A stretch of 64,000 bases of DNA from Veleropilina oligotropha. Taxonomy: Eukaryota. A program made the translations under genes and the position numbers. Of the stretch, positions 12,741-24,614 are shown one piece after another. The stretch is from positions 186,001 through 250,000 of the forward strand of contig JBEUKZ010000107.1 in assembly GCA_048128005.1 (NCBI GenBank), written 5' to 3'. The notes beneath the pieces were generated by a model. The model did not search any database and was not told the origin of the DNA. It saw nothing but the letters and a program-made list of their open reading frames with translations. The number at the start of each line of letters is the position of its first letter. Position 1 is the stretch's first letter.

Positions 12741-13925
12741 TAGGTAATCATTTGCTTTGATTTAATTTGAGTGCATTGTCCCGTTTAATATCTATGGTTC
12801 TGATTGGCAGATGTCCAAATATTGTAGGAGGAAAACTGCAACGCATCCTGGTTTGATGGAAAGCTATATGCTTTTAATTGCATCACAGAGAACTGATTGT
12901 TACAAAATTTTGTAATGGTTCACAAAGCTGTCCACCTTCCCATTCATGGTGTTCACAAATTAGGGCTGCTCATTTTGATGTAATATGTGGTAATGTCAAC
13001 ATCAATAAGGATTACTATGTGCCAAGAAATCGTTGTTTGTTCAAGGTAAATGAAAAACTGTGTGGGTGCATTAAATGCTCATTGTATACAGTGCAATACA
13101 ATTAGACGCTCCCTTTGGGCATATTTTCGAAAGAACTTTTGCATTTGATCAGTATGTGATAAGTTTTTCTCAAAGCCTCCATTGAAATGCTATTTAAGTG
13201 GTGAAGTATTACTTAGCATTCAAGATGATTCACTTAGGGATGATCTCCGCATGGAGGTAGACTCAATATATGCACAACTTTGATATACATGTATATATAT
13301 GAAAGTAAGAAAATGCCAGATTTTAATGATCTGTTTGATTATCCAGTTGTCCACTTGTTCACGGAGGTAGCCATTTACAAAAATGCAAGTTTGTGTTCTA
13401 GTGCATCCAGCAAGCAATTCAAAATTATAGCACAAAATTAATGATAACAAATCGATGACTTGGTTACTGATATTAACTTCATGCACCACATGCATGGTCG
13501 GTTCCAGAAGCGATTATTCTCCATAATTTTGCTTTGAAGTTGGTACATTCAAAGATATTGTCCGCGTCATGAGATGATGGCTATAATTATCCTTTGTCAG
13601 AAAAGAAATGATGCATTTGCCATCACCATATTCGAAATGATAACGTGTCATATAAAAGATTAATGCATAGATATTTTTATGCCATCCATTCAATGAGAAC
13701 TTGACACAGATGTTACAACATTAATAGTCATTATCATGAATATCGTATAAGGTAACAGACCTACAAAATCAATATTAAAATGTTCGTAAGTTCTGTGTAA
13801 TTGCATGGATAAAAAGCTAGTATAGATTGGCGTTTCTTTCTCAGATGTAGTATATATGCATGTACTTTTAATATTAATGTATGCTTCAGATGAACAACTG
13901 AACGTCAAAATTGATGTTGAAATAA

Positions 13926-14815
13926 TTATCCCACGCAAAAAAAGATTTGCGGGGGATATTAAAATGCAGACCGTCCTCCGTCCATGCAAATTATCTTTTC
14001 CGGAGCACATCTCATACACTGCTCGACATAGCTTTTCGAAACTTCCTGGGTGTATTAAGTACTCGATGAACTGGTGCCTTTTGCTAGTTTCGACGTCGTG
14101 TCGCTATTATTAACAGAGTTATTGCTCTTGTTTTAAATTCGTTAAAATGTTATTTTTTCCGGAGCATACCTCATACTCCGCTCGACATAACTTTACGAAA
14201 CTTGCTGGATATATTAAGTAGTCGGTGAACTGGTGCCTTTTGCTAGTTTCATTGTTGTGTGGTGATCATAAACAGAGTTATTGCCCTTGTTGTTAATTCG
14301 TCAATGTTATCTTTTCCGGAGCGTATCTCATACACCGCTCGACATAACAAGTTTTAAGAAACTTGCTGGTTATATTAAGTAGTCTGTAAACTGATGCCTT
14401 TTGCTAGTTTCGGGGTTGTGCGGCAATTATTACCAGAGTTATTGCCATTGATGTAAATTTGCTAATGTTCTCCTTTCCGAAGCGTATCTCATAAACCGTT
14501 CGGCATAACTTTATGCAATTTGGTGGGTGTATTAAGCAGTTGGTCAGCTGGTGCCTTTCGCTAATTTTGACGTCCGTCAAATATTAACAGAGTAATTACC
14601 CTTGCTTTAATTTTGTTATTCCTGACTACATATCATAGAGTGCTTGAATTATCATTGCGAAACTTGGTGGGTGCATTCAGTAGTTGGTTAACTGGTGCCT
14701 TTTCATAATTTGGATATTGCACTTATCCCATTGTAGTTTCAAGAACATACAGCATATACTAGTACTAATTGTGAATGCACCATTGTGGGGATATTGATGG
14801 CTCTGTCGTCTTGTT
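13926..14815 (+). mobile_element. HINE/Helentron-type element with ~160-bp internal tandem units
   Basis: 5' tatcccacgcaaa...tttgcgggggata stem; units starting ttccggagc at ~13997, 14156, 14313, 14475; 3' ggggatat...cttgtt. Confidence 0.65.
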
Positions 14816-15133
14816 GTGAATATATCGTGCTTAAATGCAATTTTTGAAGAATTTCGGAGGCTGGCGCCAATTATCAATATTATATTAGATTTAATATAGA
14901 ATATAGAATTTTTTGTCAATTAGCATTGTGAAATGGCTTCTCCTGCACTCTAATGTTGAGACGTCCTGTTGTAGAGAACCTTTTATAATGGCTGATTTGG
15001 GTATTTGGTGTGGATGCACTTTCTTCACTTGAAGAGGTTTTGCTTTTCGTTAACTATGACACATTACGATGTATATTTCTGACTGTTGATTTCTTTGCTC
15101 CCCAGAATGTCTTGAGTGACTGAGTGTGTCGTC

Positions 15134-15503
15134 ATGGGTTACCCACAAAGGAGGGCAGCCGTGGAGTTCGCAGCCGGATGTGTTGTTACCTTTGCCGTGA
15201 CGTTATCGGGAGTTTATTCTCAGCCTGCCAGCAGCGTCAACACGTGGACATTCAACACGACGGATGCCTCATACATGGACTTTTTACCGCAATTTGTGCC
15301 GGGACAAACCCAGCGGCTGAAGCTCAGCTTTAGGACTCCTCAGACGAACGTCTTGATTCTACTTCACGAACTCGGAAAGTATGATGCACGGGTGATTCGA
15401 GAACTGGATAATTACGAGCTTTATCTTGCCGTGGGATACTCTGGCTTTTTCCGAGTGTCCTACACGTTAAATCAGTATACGGATACCTTCACAGTGGGCA
15501 GCG
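15134..15503 (+). CDS. Axotactin/neurexin-like exon 1 (signal peptide + start of LamG1)
   Basis: ATG15134 after an in-frame stop (15113); hydrophobic MGYPQRRAAVEFAAGCVVTFAVTLSGVYSQ; LamG-type LKLSFRT..N.LIL; donor G|gtgagt; exon acceptor cccag at 15105. Confidence 0.85.
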
Positions 15504-15700
15504 GTGAGTAGCTATGATATCAGAACTTTTGAGAGAACGCGCAAATATTATATCGTGTTTACATTGTTTACTGAATCACCTTCACAACTCATTCAATCTA
15601 ACTGAAATGGTTGGATGTCGTTTCGATTTCCATTCTGGCATAGCTTATTCTAACTCGTAAAACAAATGAAAGTAGTGGCTTAAAATCCGTTTAAATCTAA

Positions 15701-16095
15701 GTTCCAACTGCATATATACATCGATGTTCCAACTGCATATATACATCGATGTTCCAACTGCATATATACATCGATGTTCCAACTGCATATATATACATCG
15801 ATGTTCCAACTGCATATATACATCGATGTTCCAACTGCATATATACATCGATGTTCCAACTGCATATATACATCGATGTTCCAACTGCATATATACATCG
15901 ATGTTCCAACTGCATATATACATCGATGTTCCAACTGCATATATACATCGATGTTCCAACTGCATATATACATCGATGTTCCAACTGCATATATACATCG
16001 ATGTTCCAACTGCATATATACATCGATGTTCCAACTGCATATATACATCGATGTTCCAACTGCATATATACATCGATGTTCCAACTGCATATATA
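15701..16095. repeat. 25-bp minisatellite, left part, ~16 copies (gttccaactgcatatatacatcgat)
   Basis: Tandem array split by the Ginger insertion. Confidence 0.97.
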
Positions 16096-16961
16096 TGTCA
16101 AGGTAGAAAGCCCGATTTGGTAGAATCGCCGATTCTACCAGTAGAGAGCCCGATCGGACTTTCTACCGGTAGAAACTCCGATCGGGCTCTCTACTGGTAG
16201 AATCGGCGATTCTACCAGTAGAAACTCCGATCGGACTTTCTACTGGTAGAAACTCCGATTCTACCAGTAGAAACTCCGATTCTGTCCTTTTTGATTATTG
16301 GAATGCACTGTTTAGTATTAGAAAAGAATAAGATTTTCTGTATTACTTTAAATGAATACATGGAATAATTGGTTATAACTTTTTCTGTTTAATGCCATAG
16401 TTTAAACGTTAATTATGTATAACTTTGAAAGTTTCATTTAATATATATTACTGTAATTTGTAATAAAATGTTTACCATTTACCACTACCATTTCCATGTA
16501 ACTAATATGTTATTAATAAACAACATGCATACAATTTCAGGTTGTTGTTTATTGGGATTAACAGATAATGTTACAAAAGGTAGATATCAAAATGTGAATA
16601 CTAATAATCAGCTTATATAAAGCTTTCTATAAATATAAAATAAACATTCATTTTGGTGCAATATGACTTAACATTTTAACAAGGTGTGTATTATTTTCTC
16701 TCAAGGCCAAATCATTATCTAACATCAAAGTATAAATACCTACTCAGTGTTTCCTTTGAAATATTTGAAAATCACTGCTTCTTTGTAATTTCAAGTGGTC
16801 AATATAATTAGTGTTAATCCTGTGTGAACATTTTCATATCAATTAAACTACAAAGGATTAAAGGGTGCTGAGTCTGCTACGATGAGGGGTGCTTGCATTG
16901 TATGTAATCCTTTGATGAATGGTGGATTTAAATATCAAATGATTTGTATTTATGTTTTGTG

Positions 16962-16996
16962 TATAAAAAGTGGGTTTTATACAAGCTTAGTCATTT
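16962..16996 (+). promoter_or_regulatory. Putative TATA box + initiator of the Ginger transposase gene
   Basis: TATAAAA at 16962 and TCATTT (Inr-like) at 16991, ~30 nt apart, ~55 nt upstream of ATG17048. Confidence 0.55.
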
Positions 16997-17047
16997 CATT
17001 TTTGAAAAGCAAAGATATCACTACAATATTATTATCACGTTGCAAGC

Positions 17048-17331
17048 ATGGATGCTCAAAAATTAGAATTTGACATGTTATTGGACGAACATATAGAAAG
17101 ACTAGACTTGAACAATCAAGATGCATTCTGTATGACACAGGAGAAGTATGAAGATGCGATTGCTGCTTTGCAACTTGATAAAGGAGTTAAATGTGCCAAG
17201 GGCAGCCATTTTAAGTTCTGGTGCTTGAAAAACTTCAAACTTCAGAAAATCGGATCAACAAACGTGCTGTATTGTCGGAAGAAGTCATGTCCGGTTATCA
17301 CGAAGGATGACATATTTGACACCATTAAGAG
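17048..17331 (+). CDS. Ginger2 transposase exon 1
   Basis: MDAQKLEF...DIFDTIKR; donor AG|gtatat, phase 2. Confidence 0.85.
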
Positions 17332-17606
17332 GTATATATATACTCCTTTAACATATACAACAAATAAGCATATCAATAAATACGCACCAACACTATTACT
17401 TTAGTAATGCCATGTTGTCATATTACACCAGTATTGGATTTGGAATATGGACATTAATAGTATATATATCCCATTAATTAATTAAGTATCAAATTACTGT
17501 GCATCATACAGTCATAATGCATGTGAAGCTTTATTACTTATTATTTGAAAACAATTCCATTATGACATTTAAGATATATTAAAATATGTTGCCATATTTC
17601 CTTCAG

Positions 17607-18037
17607 GTGCCATGAGCGTGTCGGTCATTCTGGTCGAGCCAAGACATGGGATGAAATCCGTGCCAATTATTCGTGGATTCGACATGATCTAATACCGATT
17701 TACCTGAGTACTTGTTCTTCCTGCACAGTTCGTAAACCACTAAAGCTACCTGTAGCTGGCAAGCCAATCATTTCCCTCGGATTCCTGACCAGAGTGCAGA
17801 TCGACCTGATCGATATGACAAGCCGTCCTGATGGAGACCATAAGTGGATATTGCATATGCGCGACCACTTCACGAAATTCAGCTGGACCCATTCATTAGC
17901 ATCCAAACACGCCGCTGGAGTAGCTGAACGACTGATCGAGACATTCTGTTTGTTCGGATGCCCTAAGATCATCCAATCTGATAATGGCAGAGAATTCGTT
18001 GCAGGAGTAATTGACGAACTTACCGAAGAGTGGCCAG
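17607..18037 (+). CDS. Ginger2 transposase exon 2 (HHCC zinc finger + first two catalytic Asp)
   Basis: Acceptor cttcag; CHERVGHSG...CSSC; RVQIDLIDM...DHFTKF...IIQSDNGREF; donor G|gtaag. Confidence 0.92.
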
Positions 18038-18521
18038 GTAAGATATTTTGAACATAGCGCACACATAATCATTAAGTGTTGAATAAGATATGCAGTCATG
18101 AATAATAATTATACAGGTAGACGATCAGACAGATGGATGGATGTTTAACTATCAAGCCAACTGTTATAAATTGTGTCAAACATTGGACATGGCGATTGTG
18201 GGGAAAATCTTTGGCACTCTCACTCTCTTGGTTTTTGTGGACTAGTGTCATATCTACTCACTGCCGCCTAGATTTCATAAACGATTCTAAATATCATTAT
18301 GATAATTGATGGGTGCATTGTCTTTTGTTAATTTCATTGTACAGTCTGTCCATCGGTATAAAAATTGTAATCGATATCGTTTCCAGAGCGCAACTGTAGA
18401 AAGATTAAAGATTTCTTCATGCAACTTGCTGCATAGTGTTAAGTGGGTGGGGCTCTGGTGCAATTTGCTAATTTCAATGTTCAGCATCAATTGTTAACAG
18501 AGTTATTGCCCTGATTTGCAG

Positions 18522-18826
18522 GTCTAGTCATAATTCATGGACGACCCAGACATCCACAATCGCAGGGCTGCATCGAAAGAGGCAATGGAGACCTGCAGAT
18601 CAAGTTGGGAAAGTGGCTGGAAGATCACCCCGACAAGAGCTGGAGACAAGGTCTGAAGTTCGTCACGTACGCCATCAACACTTCTACAAGCGCAACAACT
18701 AACAAATCGCCATACGAAGTTGTCTTTGGACAGTCGCCACGAACCAGCTGCGCAATCCTGGAGATGTTAGAGGATCAGGGTATTCACAGAGAAGAGGATG
18801 TCTTGGATATCTTTGAACTTGCTGAG
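18522..18826 (+). CDS. Ginger2 transposase exon 3 (catalytic Glu)
   Basis: Acceptor ttgcag; GLVIIHGRPRHPQSQGCIERGNGDL...YAINTS...SPYEVVFG; donor GAG|gtttg. Confidence 0.92.
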
Positions 18827-19301
18827 GTTTGTATTAGCACAATTAATTAGTACTATAATAATTATCAAATTCATGCTGTTTTATTTTCTGTGACTTTCAT
18901 TGACATTAAGCATAAATAAGCATACAATTTGCACATACACCAGTACTAACCAACAACAACTGACATATATTCCTTTGGCATTTGAATGCACATTACAACC
19001 GAAATAATTATTTTTTGTGCACATAAATTTCATTCAATTATTAATAAATTATTGATGTGTCACAAATTGAATTGATACTGGAAAATTAATAAGATAGGAT
19101 GCGCATTTTCACACTAGTCTTCTATGATGCATTTTACCAGTATAGTTTTGACCACTTTGAATGCTAATGGGTGTAAGATCACAATATCCATTGGGGTAAA
19201 ATACTCAATAATTCTGTATGCAACAGAAAAGCACTAGTCACAAGACGTTTGTATTCAAAGCTTTTCACAAAGTCTAAATTTAGTCAATTTTTCATATACA
19301 G

Positions 19302-20162
19302 GATGAGGAGGTACGAACTGACACCCAACATTCCGAGGAAGATCAAACAGACATGTCCATGGACCAACCATCCACAAGCGAATCTCCATTGATGGAACAA
19401 GGCAATGAATATCAACTCCTAGATGGTGGAAGGCTAGTTGCAACAGGCAATGAAGCAATCGATCGATCAGTTGTGCACGGGAATGTAGTTAACCACAAGT
19501 ATGAAGCAGCGTTTCAAATCACTAAAGTTGTCGACTCTGATTTTGTCCCTGTCATTGCCAATCCATTCGAGGAAGTGCTTGCAATTGGCCAGTTTGTAGT
19601 CTGGAAAATTCAGGAAACGGCTCCATGTGAAATGCCCGACACCCAGCACAAGGTCATTAGAGAAGTTGCAACAAAGAATTACCTAAAAGCTGCAAACAAG
19701 CAACAAGACAACTACGCCGCGAAATGTGAACGCCTACGATCATACAGTGAAGGTGACACGGTTGGAGTGCGCATCCACAATGCTGACCGAACAAACACGT
19801 CTGCACGACTTCTCCCATGTAAAGTTCTGAGCATAAAGAATGACGGATCTACTACAAGATACAAGCTGTATTCAGTCAATGGAATCATCAAGACACACTT
19901 TTCATCAGACGAGTTAGTTAATATGAGTAATGTGTGTTTTCCCAATCTTCAACAAGTTGACAGTGAATCTCTGGAGGAAGTAACTTTCATCAGCGCTTGC
20001 CGGAGTGGTGGTAACTGGAATGCCTCCCCTGCAACTGGCCCGTCCATATGCTCATGTAAAGGCAGTTGTGTTAATAACAGATGCAGATGCAGAAAGGCAG
20101 GCTTGAAGTGTTCTACAAAGTGCCATTCAACAACACTGAATGTATGTCAAAACAAAATGTAA
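19302..20162 (+). CDS. Ginger2 transposase exon 4 (SH3-like region + C-terminal CXC cysteine cluster)
   Basis: Acceptor tacag, in frame with ORF 19353..20162; GDTVGVRI..ADRT...LPCKV; CSCKGSCVNNRCRCRKAGLKCSTKCH..CQN; stop TAA. Spliced CDS is 1881 nt = 626 aa. Confidence 0.88.
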   Translation, partial: DEEVRTDTQHSEEDQTDMSMDQPSTSESPLMEQGNEYQLLDGGRLVATGNEAIDRSVVHGNVVNHKYEAAFQITKVVDSDFVPVIANPFEEVLAIGQFVVWKIQETAPCEMPDTQHKVIREVATKNYLKAANKQQDNYAAKCERLRSYSEGDTVGVRIHNADRTNTSARLLPCKVLSIKNDGSTTRYKLYSVNGIIKTHFSSDELVNMSNVCFPNLQQVDSESLEEVTFISACRSGGNWNASPATGPSICSCKGSCVNNRCRCRKAGLKCSTKCHSTTLNVCQNKM

Positions 20163-21128
20163 AGTACATAACATAACATAACATATATATATGGGACCTC
20201 ACACGAATGTGAGTTTAATGTCACATTTATGAAACGAGTTAACTAATTTTCATATTTTTCGTGGCTTGCCGAGAAAAATATGAAAATCAGTTAACGAGTT
20301 TCATAAATGTGATATTAAACAACCCGAGTGTGCGATTCTGTTTATCACATATCTCTTATTTTGTATTTATAACAGAAAGTTGATCACAGAGCATGACACT
20401 CGCAAACAACAACATAACGGCGAAGCGATATGCCGGTACGTGCAAATTGACGTCATTTGCACTCACTACATAAAATAGTGTCAATGCCTTCTAAAATAAT
20501 GCCTGATGGTTAGTGAAATGCATTGAACAATTAACAAAAGCTGTGTGCATTAATTAATAATAGAGCAAAATGCAATTAACATTACATTTTCTAAAACACA
20601 ACCCTAACACCGTGAATCTATTTGTCATCTGTTCGTGCTCACCGATCTTAGCTTGATAATTGTCGATTGTAGTATGTCATGCATTGGCTATATTGTAATA
20701 AATTTTGCATTGATTACATTGTTGTTAGATTTTCATATTTTCCCCTTGGTAATAGAATAATACTTATGTTTCTAAATATTGTATTTTAAAAGAGGCCATA
20801 TGGTAATAAATTTTGCATTGATTACATTGTTGTTAGATTTTCATATTTTCCCCTTGGTAATAGATTAATTCTTATGTTTGTACATATTGTATTTTAAAAG
20901 AGGCCATATTAGATTTTCATATTTAATATTATCGGACTTTTAATATTATAATATATTTAATATTATCGGACTTTCTACCGGTAGAAACTCCGATCGGAGT
21001 TTCTACTGGTAGAATCGCCGATTCTACCAGTAGAGAGCCCGATCGGAGTTTCTACCGGTAGAAAGTCCGATCGGGCTCTCTACTGGTAGAATCGGCGATT
21101 CTACCAAATCGGGCTTTCTACCTTGACA

Positions 21129-21259
21129 TATACATCGATGTTCCAACTGCATATATACATCGATGTTCCAACTGCATATATACATCGATGTTCCAACTGC
21201 ATATATACATCGATGTTCCAACTGCATATATACATCGATGTTCCAACTGCATATATACA
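21129..21259. repeat. 25-bp minisatellite, right part, ~5 copies
   Basis: Same unit resumes in register after the TSD. Confidence 0.95.
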
Positions 21260-22493
21260 ACATACGACTGAAGAATTGTCAAAAATGTGGTCATAAAATT
21301 AAACTGATTTGATCCACCTTTTTCACAAGTAAACAATATTTCTATCTTTAGTTGAAGTGAATCATTTGTGATATTAATTAACCTCGCGTACCATGGATCA
21401 GTAAATGATTCGGTATTGTCCTCTCATGCATTTTGACATGTAGCAAACTTCCATCTGACCTTCAAAGCAAGTGACATACATGTACAGCCCCTCTATCTAT
21501 ATTTGGTGCACAATTACATGAATTAAGTGCCCTGGGAGCAGCCCTTGGACGAGTTTGCTAGTGGGTGACCTTGACCTATTTATCAAGGTCACATACCCTT
21601 GCAATGTATTTCATAAGCGAGATATCACGACTACTGTTTTTATCATAATTTTATGTATTTTTATTTGCAGGCTATTGATTCATTATTATTTCCAGTCATA
21701 GCATGTTCGCGAAATAGCCCATTCATAAATGCACAGTGCCACCCCCAAATGTCAACGTTGACATCTGTATCGTTATATTTTACATAATGTGAGCATTTCT
21801 AATGGACATTTGTGTTATTACAAGAATAAGAGTTGGCCCAACTGGTGTGCACGATGGTATTTAATTTCTTCATGTGAAGTTGATAACATCTAATAGCTTT
21901 GTGCCTTTATAAACTGAGTTGCTGAGGCTACCTGCTAAGATTCCTAATTACAGGTCTTCCGCTCATATTTCTTTTCTCGTTTTACACCTTGTTTGGTGCG
22001 TGACTGATTTGGTGAGACTCCACTATTTTGGGGTGATTTATGATCGCTGGGTTGTGAGTGCTTTAAAATTAATGGGGCTTACTCATTGATTGTTACTATA
22101 TATATTAGTGTGAATGTGACTTGTTGGCCTTAGCAGGTGTGATGTTAATAGGGCTTCAAAATTGCCCAATGTCCAGTTTGACCACTGATTGGTTATATTG
22201 TATGAGGTCACAGACTGAGCAGTAGTCAATCATTCAAACGATTTGTCAGCAATGACATGGTTAGAATTGCAGACGAGGAATCGACGATAATTCATCTGCT
22301 TTTGATGCACTAGGAAATCATTATAATTCTCCTTTATTACGGCCGAAGCTGACCATATTGTTCTATTTCTGCTGGTAGTCTAGACATTTCTATTGAACAT
22401 ATCTGAATTTAATGACTGCATTAATCATGAGCAAGACAAGATGTGGGCATATTGTTCAAATGAAAATGATGATGACTTTCATGGTTTCAGGAA

Positions 22494-22660
22494 GGTCGCC
22501 CCGGTAGTCTTGTGGTATTGATTGCCGACTTCATTGTGCTAAATAACAGGAGTGGGTTCGAATCTTGGCTGAGGCATTAACATTCTCCCACAATACAGGG
22601 CATGTCCTGCCTTGAACGGTTCAACCTGTTGCGTGTAAATATACAGGACGTTAAGCATTA
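22494..22660 (+). mobile_element. Short tRNA-derived SINE variant
   Basis: Head with gggttcgaatc; same 3' tail catgtcctgccttgaac...aaatatacaggacgttaagcat; central domain absent. Confidence 0.6.
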
Positions 22661-23085
22661 AGTTTAAAAGTTTAAAAATGAAGCAGCATATCAGCCATAA
22701 ATAGTCACTTCCCTTAAAGTTACCACAAACAGTGAACTGACTCTCAGTATTATCTTGTAATGATTATGTACTTTTTCGTTTATGAAGTTGTTAGAAGAAA
22801 TTATCGTCGTTATGAAGCTCGTAGCATAGTATGTGTAGTCGTTTTATGATGGATCTGTAGTCGTTTTATGATGGATCTGAACGAGCTTAGATAGTTGGAG
22901 AATTGATGCACGATAATGTTTAGCACTTATTATTTATCCAATGTTTTGTGGCAACAAATGTTCATCTAACAGTACATTAGACAGACGTTAAATGTAAGTT
23001 ATAGGGTACCAGTATTGGTACACGTGACAGTTTTGGAAGTTACTGTTGGATGATTTTGTGTCATGCCCAGCAATATATTGTCCTG

Positions 23086-23662
23086 GAGGGGTGGAGTGTG
23101 TTTCACACAACCCAACAAGGCATGTTCAGCTTGGACGGGTGAAGTGTACTTCACACAACCCAACAATTGTTAAGGCATGTTCAGTTTTGACAGGTGGAGT
23201 GTACTTCTCACAACTCAACAAGGCATGTTCAGTTTGGACGGGTGGAGTGTACTTCACACAACTCGACAATGCATGTTCAGCTTGGAGGGGTGGAGTGTGC
23301 TTCACACAACCCAACAAGGCATGTTCAGGTTGGATGGGTAGAGTGTGCTTCACACAACCTAACAAGGCTTATTCAGTTTGGATGGGTGGAGTGTGCTTCA
23401 TACAACCTAACAAGGCATGTTCAGGCTGGAGGGGTGGAGTGTGCTTCACACAACGTAACAAGGCATGTTCAGTTTGGATGGGTGGAGTGTACTTCACACA
23501 ACCTAACAAGGCATATTCAGGTTTGAGGGGTGGATTGTGCTTCACACAACCCAACAAGGCATGTTCAGCTTGGAGGGGTAGTGTGCTTCACACAACCCAA
23601 CAAGGCATGTTCAAGTTGAAGTGGTGGAGTGTGCTTCACACAACCCAACAAGGCATGTTCAG
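23086..23662. repeat. Diverged 48-bp minisatellite, ~12 copies
   Basis: Unit ~gtggagtgtgcttcacacaacccaacaaggcatgttcagcttggaggg. Confidence 0.9.
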
Positions 23663-24614
23663 ATTCTAAACATCAAACACTGTCGAGCAGTCCCAACCTG
23701 AGCTGCAATCCAGTACACGATATTGATCTGGCCGATATGCAATGAAAAATCAGCCCTTGTGCAGCATGGTATAATTTTCCTAACTTAATTTAATATGATA
23801 TACACCCAACAGTAACAGCTACAGTGTTTCAATGTCATAAGTAGGGGACTGTTACTGTTTTGCAACACTAATCAGATCATTCATTATACATACAACATAC
23901 AATTGCCATTATGTTCCATTATATATTTTGATTTAAAAGAAAAATGTGACATTTATTCTTCCGGATTTTGGATTAGTACATTTTATTTAACATGATTTGA
24001 ATCTATTTGAATATATGACTGAAGAGCTCCGCTTTAATATGGTTTCCTAAATCAAATTATGTGATGATCTTTGTAAGAATTTGTGTATTATATGGTGTGT
24101 TATTGAATCCCAAAGTCAGCCATATGCATGGAAGCTTGTCCAAATCGACTCAGCACAGGTTGCATGGTCACAGCAATTTTCGTGTTAATATTGTAACGTT
24201 ATAATAATTACACATTTAATCAGAGTAAATGATGGAACATAAACTGCTCATTACTTATTTAAAATCAACTCATGCTGTTATGTCAATAATTATTAGCTCA
24301 CATGTGGAATTATCTGCTTTAGTGGCATAAAACTGAAAGTAATTATTTCACAATTACATTGATGGAAGAAACAGCTTAACGTTGTTGATAACAGGATAAT
24401 AGCTTGTTAGTTGTTGCATCATGCAAGTTTCTGAAACCAACTAAACTGATGCTTGTTTTGCGTGACATATTCTTTTGTACTGGCAGCGATCCATGTTGCA
24501 CAGCAATGTCATTATCTCCGGTGCTCAGTGACCATGTAATGACCAAATATTGTGTGAATATTTGGAATTTTCAGCAGTCAGGACAGAGATTGATCTGTTT
24601 CAGAGAGATCATTA

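Larger units (their letters stand above)
16096..21128 (+). mobile_element. Ginger2/TDD-type DNA transposon, full length (5033 bp)
   Basis: TGT...ACA termini; 164-bp TIRs (16096-16259, 20965-21128; outer 140 bp identical); 4-bp TSD TATA; encodes KRBA2/SCAND3-like integrase. Confidence 0.9.

Noticed and set aside
15776..15802. Minisatellite unit with an extra TA as a Ginger excision footprint
   Set aside because: Only 2 bp are added rather than the 4-bp TSD; dinucleotide slippage is the simpler explanation
15645..16200. Possible CRISPR-like array next to an integrase gene
   Set aside because: Units are head-to-tail with no unique spacers, no cas genes are present, and the context is spliceosomal eukaryotic DNA
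17048..20162. LTR retrotransposon or domesticated KRBA2/SCAND3 host gene
   Set aside because: No gag, RT or LTRs and no KRAB or SCAN domain; the gene has introns and is enclosed by TIRs with a TSD
23046..23669. 207-aa Cys/Gly repeat ORF as an alternative exon
   Set aside because: Coincides with a diverged 48-bp minisatellite; exons 1 and 2 already join in phase to give a continuous LamG domain
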